The notes under the pieces are model-generated. The model was not told the DNA's origin, did no database searches, and saw only the letters and a list, made by a program, of their open reading frames with translations. Positions 1-6,737 of a stretch of DNA of 64,000 nucleotides are shown here, one piece after another (position 1 is the first letter of the stretch; each line of letters starts with the position of its first letter). Source of the stretch: Pigmentiphaga sp. (GTDB lineage: Bacteria; Pseudomonadota; Gammaproteobacteria; Burkholderiales; Burkholderiaceae_B); NCBI RefSeq assembly GCF_033795525.1, contig NZ_JARYGM010000001.1:206614-270613 (forward strand). The letters run 5' to 3'. The translations under genes were made by a program, and so were the position numbers.

Positions 1-190
1 AAACGGCCCTCCAGCGTGCGCCAATCGTAGACCAATCGGACCTCGATGTCAGCGCCGCCACACTGGGAGATCTACCTATCCCAAGCTTGGCGGAAACCCT
101 TGAGAAAATGCCTTTCCGGGGAACCGTTAAGATGCCGGTTAAGCTCGATTCGAGCCCGACAATTCCCATGAAGCCGTAGAAGGAGCCATC

Positions 191-427
191 GTGACCGACC
201 CCGAATTCCTGAAGGGACAAATCACCGCCCTGCAAAACGTGGTGAGCATGCTGATTTCCGCCCATCCCAACTCGCAGCAACTGCGCCAGGTCATGCAAGC
301 CATCGCGCAGCAGGTGGAGCCGACCCTGAACGAGGCCCACCCGTCATTCAAGAAGGGCTGGCAGAACGTGATCGCCACGCTGTGCCAGGCCGACGAGCCC
401 GCGCCCGAGGACGGCGAACGGCATTGA
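191..427 (+). CDS. hypothetical small protein (78 aa)
   Basis: GTG start 5 nt after AAGGAG (180-185). Predicted helical and soluble. No family recognised. Confidence 0.4.
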   Translation: MTDPEFLKGQITALQNVVSMLISAHPNSQQLRQVMQAIAQQVEPTLNEAHPSFKKGWQNVIATLCQADEPAPEDGERH

Positions 428-466
428 CGCCGGCCTACACGGCGCCAGCCTTGGTTTAGCCAAGCC

Positions 467-955
467 CTACCCGGCCGCGGCCAGGTCGGCGTAGTGCTGC
501 AGGCGGGCCAGCGCATAGCGCGCAGCCCGCTCGCGGACCTCGTTGCGTCCGCCGGTGAAGCGGCGCGTCTCGCTATACACCTTGGCCTCATTGTTGCGCT
601 CGAAGGCCCATGCAAAGCACTGCGTGCCGGCCGCGACGCCTGCCGCCCCGCCATCGGCCACCCCGGTGTTCGCAATCGCTGCATTAGCGCGGCTGCGAAG
701 CAGCGCGCCGCGGGCCATCGCGCGCGCCACCGGCTCGCTGGTGAGGTTATACGCTTTAAGAATCCTGGAGGGAACCCCCAACGCCTGCATTTTTGCTTCG
801 GGCGAGTAAGCCACGAAAGCGCAGTCCAGCAAAGCGCCCGCACCCTCGACGTCCGCCAGCATGGCTGCTATCAGCCCGGCGGTGCAGGATTCCGCGGTGG
901 CCAGCAACAGGCGGCGTTCCTGCATGTAGCGGGCGATGTGTTCGAGATTCTGCAC
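467..955 (-). CDS. pncC: CinA-family nicotinamide-nucleotide amidohydrolase (PncC-like)
   Basis: LLLATAESCTAGLIAAMLADVEGAGALLDCAFVAYSPEAKMQALGV matches the CinA C-terminal/PncC core (TAESCTGG...F.TYSN.AK). I trimmed the 229-aa ORF to GTG 955; ATG 925 is an alternative start. This gives about 162 aa, as in E. coli PncC. Confidence 0.75.
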   Translation of the reverse strand: MQNLEHIARYMQERRLLLATAESCTAGLIAAMLADVEGAGALLDCAFVAYSPEAKMQALGVPSRILKAYNLTSEPVARAMARGALLRSRANAAIANTGVADGGAAGVAAGTQCFAWAFERNNEAKVYSETRRFTGGRNEVRERAARYALARLQHYADLAAAG

Positions 956-1133
956 GCGCGGTCCCCGGTCGTGGCGATGACGCGCTTCAGCACGCGCCGT
1001 ACCCGGCGTGCCGGTTGCTGCGCTGCGCAAGGATGAGCAAATCTCTGGAAAGCAGTGTAAATCCTGCGCCTTCTGCCCGGGCATGCGCGACCAACCTCCC
1101 TCGCAACATGTCCCGATCCTCGTTCGGGCAGGC

Positions 1134-1148
1134 TGGCACAAGGCTTGC
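1134..1148 (+). promoter_or_regulatory. sigma54-type -24/-12 promoter candidate (TGGCAC-N5-TTGC)
   Basis: cTGGCACaaggcTTGCg is an exact match to the TGGCAC-N5-TTGC core. It lies 46 nt upstream of ATG 1194, in the correct orientation. Confidence 0.4.
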
Positions 1149-1193
1149 GATTGCACGCGTCCCCACTCGAACCATCCTTACTTGGAGGACCTC

Positions 1194-1457
1194 ATGCCTA
1201 CGCCTACCCCCCAGAAGCGCCCTCGAGGTTTTGCTGCCATGGACCCCCAGAAGCAGCGCGCCATTTCGGCAGAGGGCGGCCGGGCCGCACACCAGTCCGG
1301 CAACGCGCACGAATTCAACTCGGAAGAAGCCCGGGCCGCCGGGGCCTTGAGTCACGCCCATCGACGCCGCCGCGCGGCAGAAGCGCAAGCTCAGCAAGCC
1401 CAGGCCCAGGGCACCCCCCGGGAAGAACCGGTGCAGGCCAGCCCGGGCAGCTCGTGA
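1194..1457 (+). CDS. KGG-repeat general stress protein (YciG-like), 87 aa
   Basis: RGFAAMDPQKQRAISAEGGRAAHQSGNAHEFNSEEARAAG is the stress-induced KGG repeat motif. GGAGGA SD at 1185-1190. The 149-aa ORF was trimmed to ATG 1194. Confidence 0.8.
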   Translation: MPTPTPQKRPRGFAAMDPQKQRAISAEGGRAAHQSGNAHEFNSEEARAAGALSHAHRRRRAAEAQAQQAQAQGTPREEPVQASPGSS

Positions 1458-1465
1458 GCCCAAGC

Positions 1466-1492
1466 GCCCGGCTCGGCAACCGCCAGCCGGGC
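1466..1492. terminator. GC-rich hairpin between convergent genes
   Basis: gcccggct-N11-agccgggc forms an 8-bp stem between the KGG gene stop (1457) and the CBS gene stop (1505). No clear U tract. Confidence 0.3.
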
Positions 1493-1504
1493 CTATCCCG
1501 CGCG

Positions 1505-1936
1505 CTAGCGAAACAACTCGCCTGAAGCGCGCGCAGGCTCCGATATCCCCGCCAAGGTGTCGTCCGTGTCGCCGGCCTTGGTGGCCAAATCCCCCAACGA
1601 CACTACCCCGACCAACTCGTTGTTCTTGCCGAGGATGGGCATTCTGCGGATCTGTTCGTCGCGCATTTTGGCCTTGACCGTCTCGGCGTCTTCGTCTGCA
1701 TAGCACCAGCTCACATGGGCAGTCATCGCTTCGCGCACGCTGGCGGATGGCGATGCGCCTGCGGCTATGCAGCGTACCGCGATGTCGCGGTCGGTGACCA
1801 CGCCGATCAGGCGCCTGCCGTCGCAAACGGGCACCGCGCCGATATCCAGGTCGGCCATCAACTGTGCAGCGCGCTGTATCGACTCGTCGGCCGATAAGTA
1901 CGCCACGTCGCGGGTCATGATCTCTGCGATTTGCAT
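1505..1936 (-). CDS. CBS-domain pair protein (143 aa)
   Basis: MQIAEIMTRDVAYLSADESIQRAAQLMADLDIGAVPVCDGRRLIGVVTDRDI plus a second CBS repeat (MPILGKNNELVGVVSLGDL). AAGGAGAG SD precedes ATG 1936. The longer 186-aa ORF form was rejected. Confidence 0.85.
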   Translation of the reverse strand: MQIAEIMTRDVAYLSADESIQRAAQLMADLDIGAVPVCDGRRLIGVVTDRDIAVRCIAAGASPSASVREAMTAHVSWCYADEDAETVKAKMRDEQIRRMPILGKNNELVGVVSLGDLATKAGDTDDTLAGISEPARASGELFR

Positions 1937-1949
1937 GGGACTCTCCTTG

Positions 1950-1972
1950 AAAAAAAGCCGCAAATGCGGCTT
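1950..1972 (-). terminator. intrinsic-terminator-like hairpin plus U run in the CBS gene leader
   Basis: The minus strand reads AAGCCGC-AUUU-GCGGCUU followed by UUUUU, then immediately CAAGGAGAG and ATG. Confidence 0.55.
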
Positions 1973-1982
1973 GGGCGTGGGC

Positions 1983-1999
1983 AGCAACCGATATGCCCA
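1983..1999 (-). promoter_or_regulatory. sigma54-like -24/-12 promoter candidate
   Basis: The minus strand reads tGGGCATatcggTTGCt (GG-N10-GC spacing kept). The -12 C at 1984 puts the predicted +1 near 1972, 36 nt from ATG 1936. Confidence 0.35.
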
Positions 2000-2199
2000 T
2001 AGAGTCCCGCGCCCGCACAGGCCCAGAAGGCGACCTCGCAAGGGAAGGGAACGAGTCCACGGCAAACAAGCGCAGCAAAAGCCGGGCGAAAGGGAGCGGA
2101 AAGAAAAAGCGGGCGGGAACGAAACGTAGCCGGGCGGCTACTTTGAGATCTGCCCCGGAGGCGGACCGGATAGGCTAGCGCCTAAGCTAGGTATGCGAA

Positions 2200-2276
2200 T
2201 GGGGTGGCTGATGGGACTCGAACCCACGACAACCGGAATCACAATCCGGGACTCTACCAACTGAGCTACAGCCACC
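2200..2276 (-). tRNA. tRNA-His (anticodon GTG)
   Basis: The reverse complement is GGTGGCTGTAGCTCAGTTGGTAGAGTCCCGGATTGTGATTCCGG...GGTTCGAGTCCCATCAGCCACCCCA. It folds as a cloverleaf with anticodon loop TTGTGAT, the extra 5' G typical of tRNA-His and an encoded CCA. Confidence 0.95.
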
Positions 2277-2458
2277 ACGGTCAGCAATGCGTGCACTGCA
2301 AGGCGCAGGCACGAAAGAACGCCATTATAGCGAACTTTGCGGCCGCGTGCGCAACGCCCCGCCGGGGCGCTGCTACCCCCGGCTACCCCTGGGCGTCGCA
2401 ACCATATCCCGGTCATACGGCGTTGCTAGCTTCGTCGGCAGTCATCCAGGAGCCGCCG

Positions 2459-3490
2459 ATGAAGCTTACCCGTCTCAGTATCGCGACGTTCAACCTGTAC
2501 AACCTGAACGAGCCCGGCCGCCGCGTCTACACCGGCGAGGGCTGGAGCCAAGCCGAGTACCGCAAGAAAATCGACTGGACGGCCGGCCAGCTAACACTGC
2601 TCGATGCGGATGTATTCGGCTTTCAGGAATTGTGGCACAGGGATTCGCTTGCCCGTGCGTTGCAGGCGTCCGGCTTGGCCGGCACATACGACATGCTGGT
2701 ACCCGAAGACGCGGACGGTTCGCGGATCGTCTGCGCGGCCGTGGTCCGCAAGGGGCTGCTAGCCGGCGAGGCCGAATGGATCAGCGATTTTCCGGAGGCC
2801 TTCATGTTGCATTCGAGCGGGGACGACCCTCAGACGCCTCAGATTAGCGTCAATATCCGGGGGTTCTCCCGCCCCGTGTTGCATTTCACGATACAGCCGC
2901 GCGAGGATGGACCGCTGGTGCATGTTTATGTGTGCCATTTCAAATCCAAGGCCCCCACCCAGGTGTACAGAGAGGATTGGTACATCGACGCCAAATCCGC
3001 CTACGCGAAGCACGCCAAGAATCTGGGCGCGGCCCTCTCTACCATCCGCCGCACCGCCGAAGCGGCCGCGCTGCGCTTTTTGCTCAGCGAGCTGATGAAG
3101 GGCAACGACACGCCGGTAATCGTGCTGGGCGACATCAACGACGGCCAGCACAGCAACACCGCCAATATCCTCACCGATCAGCCCCGCTACCTGGTCGGGG
3201 ACTCCGAAGGAGGCGGCGACGTCGCGCTTTATACGGCGCAGACCCTGCAGGAATACCGGGACACGCGCGACGTGTACTACACCCACGTCTACCAGGACAT
3301 CCGGGAGTCACTCGATCACATCCTCGTCAGCCAGGAGTTCTACGACAATAGCCGCAAGCGCCTATGGATGTTCGACGGGCTGGTCATCAACAACGACCAT
3401 CTGGACTTCGACGACCACAAACGGCTAGGTGCCAACGACCATGGGATCGTCCGCGCCACGTTCAATTATCGTCCGAACAGCCAAAATTGA
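2459..3490 (+). CDS. endonuclease/exonuclease/phosphatase (EEP) family protein
   Basis: LSIATFNLYNLN..., ADVFGFQELW, VCHFKSK, VIVLGDINDG and DHILVS...NDHGIV are EEP catalytic motifs. AGGAG lies before ATG 2459. The upstream part of the 428-aa ORF overlaps the tRNA-His and was discarded. Confidence 0.8.
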   Translation: MKLTRLSIATFNLYNLNEPGRRVYTGEGWSQAEYRKKIDWTAGQLTLLDADVFGFQELWHRDSLARALQASGLAGTYDMLVPEDADGSRIVCAAVVRKGLLAGEAEWISDFPEAFMLHSSGDDPQTPQISVNIRGFSRPVLHFTIQPREDGPLVHVYVCHFKSKAPTQVYREDWYIDAKSAYAKHAKNLGAALSTIRRTAEAAALRFLLSELMKGNDTPVIVLGDINDGQHSNTANILTDQPRYLVGDSEGGGDVALYTAQTLQEYRDTRDVYYTHVYQDIRESLDHILVSQEFYDNSRKRLWMFDGLVINNDHLDFDDHKRLGANDHGIVRATFNYRPNSQN

Positions 3491-3553
3491 GCTGACGGCA
3501 CAAGCCGGGGGACCACGGTGCCAAGCCGCGGCCTCCGGCGATGCACAAAAGCA

Positions 3554-3582
3554 AAAAGCCCCTGCATGACAGGGGCTTTTTC
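3554..3582. terminator. bidirectional rho-independent terminator
   Basis: aaaaaGCCCCTGcatgaCAGGGGCttttt, with A/T runs on both sides. It sits between the EEP gene (+) and the csp gene (-). Confidence 0.75.
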
Positions 3583-3597
3583 TCGGCTGGGACCGCT

Positions 3598-3801
3598 TTA
3601 CAGCACGCGGATCTTCGAAGCCTGCGGGCCCTTGGGACCCTGGACGGCCTCGAAGCTGACCTTTTGGTTCTCGTACAGCGTCTTGCGCCCTTCCGCCTGG
3701 ATCTCGGAGAAATGAGCGAACAAATCCTTGCCTCCATCATCCGGCATGATGAAGCCGTATCCCTTGTCGTCGTTGAACCATTTAACGATGCCTGTGGCCA
3801 T
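3598..3801 (-). CDS. CspA-family cold-shock protein (67 aa)
   Basis: [34 protein letters not shown] carries the RNP1/RNP2 motifs. The ORF was trimmed to ATG 3801. Confidence 0.95.
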   Translation of the reverse strand: MATGIVKWFNDDKGYGFIMPDDGGKDLFAHFSEIQAEGRKTLYENQKVSFEAVQGPKGPQASKIRVL

Positions 3802-3934
3802 GATGCACTTCCTTCCTGAATATGTACTTGCCGCGAATACCACAAAACCGGAATCAAGGGTGGGCCGTGACCAATGGAGAGCCGACTTGCCGACCAAACC
3901 GCGTGTAGAACCCTAACCTGACACCTTGAAAATC

Positions 3935-3963
3935 ACTATGCGATGCAATGATCGCTTAGTCAA
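3935..3963 (-). promoter_or_regulatory. sigma70-type promoter candidate for the csp gene
   Basis: The minus strand reads TTGACT-17 nt-CATAGT. This would give a 5' UTR of about 125 nt, typical for cspA-type genes. Confidence 0.35.
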
Positions 3964-4183
3964 CTCGTTTTCGTTTCCGTCGGATACAACCTTATTACCC
4001 GAATACGACCGTTATTTGAATCGGGATTTTGCAAATATCGCCGGGTTAATGGCCAGATTAGGCAGGCTTGACTACAAAATGCGAAGCATAATGCGGCATA
4101 TCACCCACATAGTGGACAAAATCAACTATTTGCGCGAGGGTTTCCACGTAGATACTTGGATCTCAACCCTCTAAACCTATCGT

Positions 4184-4219
4184 TTTCCCGTATAAGGGAA
4201 ATACCTATAAAAATTTCCC
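4184..4219. promoter_or_regulatory. TTTCCC/GGGAAA repeat cluster (possible activator site)
   Basis: TTTCCCgtataaGGGAAA palindrome (4184-4201) plus a third TTTCCC (4214-4219). It lies in AT-rich DNA about 95-130 nt upstream of the -24 motif at 4314. Confidence 0.25.
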
Positions 4220-4313
4220 GACAGCCGGCGAACGGTCTAGAAGAAATTACAAGCCGATCGTCCCATATTTACATGGACAGGACAGCATAATGATTTTGGG
4301 TATGGTTCATCGC

Positions 4314-4327
4314 GGCACGCGAATTGC
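4314..4327 (+). promoter_or_regulatory. sigma54-like -24/-12 promoter candidate
   Basis: cGGCACGcgaaTTGCg matches GGCACG-N4-TTGC. It is 89 nt upstream of ATG 4416. The leader contains an 8-bp hairpin (4362-4369/4379-4386). Confidence 0.4.
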
Positions 4328-4415
4328 GGACGCATAAAGACGCGGTTTTCACGCCGCGGCAGGCCCCGCTTCATGGCTGCGGGGCCGAGCGAATGCGTCA
4401 AATAGGAGAAAGTTT

Positions 4416-4655
4416 ATGGATCAGCAGAAACAGCAGCCCGGTCAGACCCAACCCGGCCAAGGCCAGCAAAGCCCGCGGCAGAACGAGCAGCAGACCGGCA
4501 TGGACCAGCAGCAGGGTCAACGCGGTTCGCAGCAACGTCCGAACGTTCAGCCCGGACAGCAGAACCCTGGCCAGCAGCAACAGGAACAACAACAGCAGCG
4601 TGGCCAACAGCCCGGCCAACAGAACAAACAACAACAGCAAAAACCGAATCAGTAA
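4416..4655 (+). CDS. glutamine-rich low-complexity small protein (79 aa)
   Basis: TAGGAGAAAG SD 5 nt before the ATG. The protein is almost entirely Q/P/G/N, with no hydrophobic segment. Confidence 0.6.
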   Translation: MDQQKQQPGQTQPGQGQQSPRQNEQQTGMDQQQGQRGSQQRPNVQPGQQNPGQQQQEQQQQRGQQPGQQNKQQQQKPNQ

Positions 4656-4785
4656 CGGCTAGTCCGCAGCCGCCGGCCGTGCCCAGCCCCTCCAGGGCCA
4701 AGCCTGAAGTGCGAATAGTGCACCGCGCCGGCGGCGCTTCTACCAGCCTCGATCGCGCGCGGGGAACGCCCGGCACCGAGGACTA

Positions 4786-5043
4786 CTACCCTCTTTCCAG
4801 CTTGTCGATATAGCGCTTGGCCGCTCTTTCGGCGTACCGGTGAGCCTCGAACTCCGTGCCGAACACCTGGTCGTCGCCCAGATGCTGCTCGGCGGGCAGC
4901 GCGTGGAACTGTGCCGCGGGATCGAGCGAGATGGTGGCCAGTCCTTCGAACAACACCGTCATGCCGTCCCGGGGATGATTGACCGGGCGTGCCACAGTGC
5001 GGATGTAGTAGCCCTTGTAGAAGTCTCCTGCGCCGTCGGACAT
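4786..5043 (-). CDS. hypothetical protein (85 aa)
   Basis: GGAGGG SD before ATG 5043. The 134-aa ORF was trimmed. No family recognised. Confidence 0.45.
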   Translation of the reverse strand: MSDGAGDFYKGYYIRTVARPVNHPRDGMTVLFEGLATISLDPAAQFHALPAEQHLGDDQVFGTEFEAHRYAERAAKRYIDKLERG

Positions 5044-5195
5044 AGCACCCTCCTGTAGACAATACATGCGTGAGGCAAGGGGATGACCCAGAAAGTTCAA
5101 CGTCACTGCCAAGGGTATCCGTCCGATATACCGATTTCTCTTAGGAATATCACTTGCTGAACCGCGGTCTGAACAAGAACACTCCGGCAACCCGC

Positions 5196-6734
5196 ATGAC
5201 TGGTACGTACTCCGATGAAATCTGGTGGAAAAGCGCGGTGGTATATCAGATCTATCCGCGCTCCTTTGCCGACTCCAACGGCGACGGTGTGGGCGACATC
5301 CCGGGCATACTGGCGCACCTGGACCACATCTGCAGACTGGGCGCCGATACGGTATGGGTGTCGCCGGTATTCAAGTCGCCCATGGCCGATGCGGGCTACG
5401 ACATCAGCGACTATTGCGATATCGATCCCCTCTTCGGGACGCTGGACGATGTCCAGCGCCTGATCGACGAAGCACATGCACGCGGCCTGCGCCTGCTGCT
5501 CGACTTCGTACCCAACCACACGTCCGATCGCCATCCCTGGTTTATCGAATCGAGGTCGTCGCGCGCGAGCCCCAAGCGCGACTGGTACATCTGGCGCGAC
5601 GAACCGAACGACTGGCGCGCCGCGCTCGGAGCCGGCAGCGCCTGGACCTGGGATGAGAAGACCGGCCAGTACTACCTGCATTTTTTTCTGCCGCAGCAAC
5701 CCGACCTCAACTGGCGCAACCCGGAAGTAGTGGAAGCCATGCATGGCGTGCTGCGCTTCTGGCTGGACCGGGGTGTCGACGGTTTTCGTATCGACGTAGC
5801 GCACTGCACCGGCAAGGACCCCACCTTCGCCGACCACCCTCGCTGCCTGGCTGGGGAAGCGCTGGTCGACTTCAACGACCAGCCATACAGCCACGAAGTA
5901 CTGCGCGGCATACGGCGGCTGGTCGATAGCTACCCCGGCGACCGGGTGCTCGTGGGCGAAGTCAACATCCGCTCGACGGCAAGCGTGCTCCAGTACTACG
6001 GCGCGGGCGACGAACTGCACATGTCGTTCAACTTCCCGCCGCTGGACGCCCCCTGGGATCCCATCGTCTTTCGCACGTGCATACGCGAGGTGGACACCCT
6101 CATGCGGCCGGCAGATGCCTGGCCCACCTGGGTGCTGTCGAACCACGACAACGTGCGGCATCGCACGCGTTATAACGGTTCGCTGCGGCGCGCACGGGCG
6201 GCGGCGATCCTGCTGCTGTCGCTGCGAGGCACGCCCTTCCTGTTCCAGGGTGAGGAACTGGGACTGGAGGACGCCCGCATCGACCCGGACCGGCGCGTCG
6301 ACCCGGGCGGCCGCGATGGCTGCCGGGCGCCGCTGCCGTGGACCGAGCAGCCGCCGCATGGCTGGAACGGCGCCCCGCCCTGGCTACCGTTCCCCCCGAA
6401 CCCAGGTCAGCATTCGGCCGAGCGGCAATGGGCCGACTCCGGATCCATCTTCCACCTGTACCGGCATGCGCTGGAGCTCCGCAGGGCAAGTCCGGCACTG
6501 CGGCTGGGCGACTGGGAGGAAATCGATTCCCCGCCCGAAATCCTGGCCTTCCGGCGCCGCTACGGCGACGACGTCCGGCTGGTCTGCGTGAACTTCGCCG
6601 ACCGCGAACTGCAATTCACGCCTCCGGGCAAATGGCGCGCTGCCCTGTACAGCGAGGGCGGGCCGGCGGCGGGAACTCGCTTCCCCGGCAAGCTGGAACG
6701 CGAACAGGCTGTAATCCTCGAACCGGAGACATGA
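5196..6734 (+). CDS. GH13 alpha-glucosidase (oligo-1,6-glucosidase/trehalose-6-P hydrolase-like)
   Basis: WWKSAVVYQIYPRSFADSNGDGVGDIPG, the four GH13 regions LLLDFVPNHTS, GVDGFRIDVAH, VGEVN and LSNHDN. Start set at ATG 5196. Confidence 0.9.
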   Translation: MTGTYSDEIWWKSAVVYQIYPRSFADSNGDGVGDIPGILAHLDHICRLGADTVWVSPVFKSPMADAGYDISDYCDIDPLFGTLDDVQRLIDEAHARGLRLLLDFVPNHTSDRHPWFIESRSSRASPKRDWYIWRDEPNDWRAALGAGSAWTWDEKTGQYYLHFFLPQQPDLNWRNPEVVEAMHGVLRFWLDRGVDGFRIDVAHCTGKDPTFADHPRCLAGEALVDFNDQPYSHEVLRGIRRLVDSYPGDRVLVGEVNIRSTASVLQYYGAGDELHMSFNFPPLDAPWDPIVFRTCIREVDTLMRPADAWPTWVLSNHDNVRHRTRYNGSLRRARAAAILLLSLRGTPFLFQGEELGLEDARIDPDRRVDPGGRDGCRAPLPWTEQPPHGWNGAPPWLPFPPNPGQHSAERQWADSGSIFHLYRHALELRRASPALRLGDWEEIDSPPEILAFRRRYGDDVRLVCVNFADRELQFTPPGKWRAALYSEGGPAAGTRFPGKLEREQAVILEPET

Positions 6735-6737
6735 CTC

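Noticed and set aside
108-122. 15-nt identity ATGCCTTTCCGGGGA shared between 108-122 and 14122-14136.
   Set aside because: Only two copies, with no flanking similarity, no palindrome and no consistent position relative to genes. One copy may lie inside a coding frame. I treat it as coincidence, but a genome-wide count would settle it.
3-179. Open frame from the window edge to the TAG at 177-179 (...LDVSAATLGDLPIPSLAETLEKMPFRGTVKMPVKLDSSPTIPMKP*).
   Set aside because: It could be the 3' end of an upstream gene. However, I recognise no motif and it cannot be assessed without upstream sequence.
2204-3490. 428-aa long form of the EEP protein.
   Set aside because: The first 85 codons run through the tRNA-His gene on the opposite strand. 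A good AGGAG-ATG start lies at 2459, where homology begins.
3926-4174. 82-aa ORF in the AT-rich block.
   Set aside because: No SD. Its codon usage is alien to the genome. It overlaps the predicted csp promoter and 5' UTR, and I recognise no family. It is more likely non-coding regulatory DNA, though I cannot exclude a foreign small gene.
5075-5088. Minus-strand GGGTCAtccccTTGC upstream of the 85-aa ORF (ATG 5043).
   Set aside because: GG-N10-GC spacing and position are right, but the -24 element is a poor match (GGTCA versus GGCAC). It is too weak to count with the other four sites.
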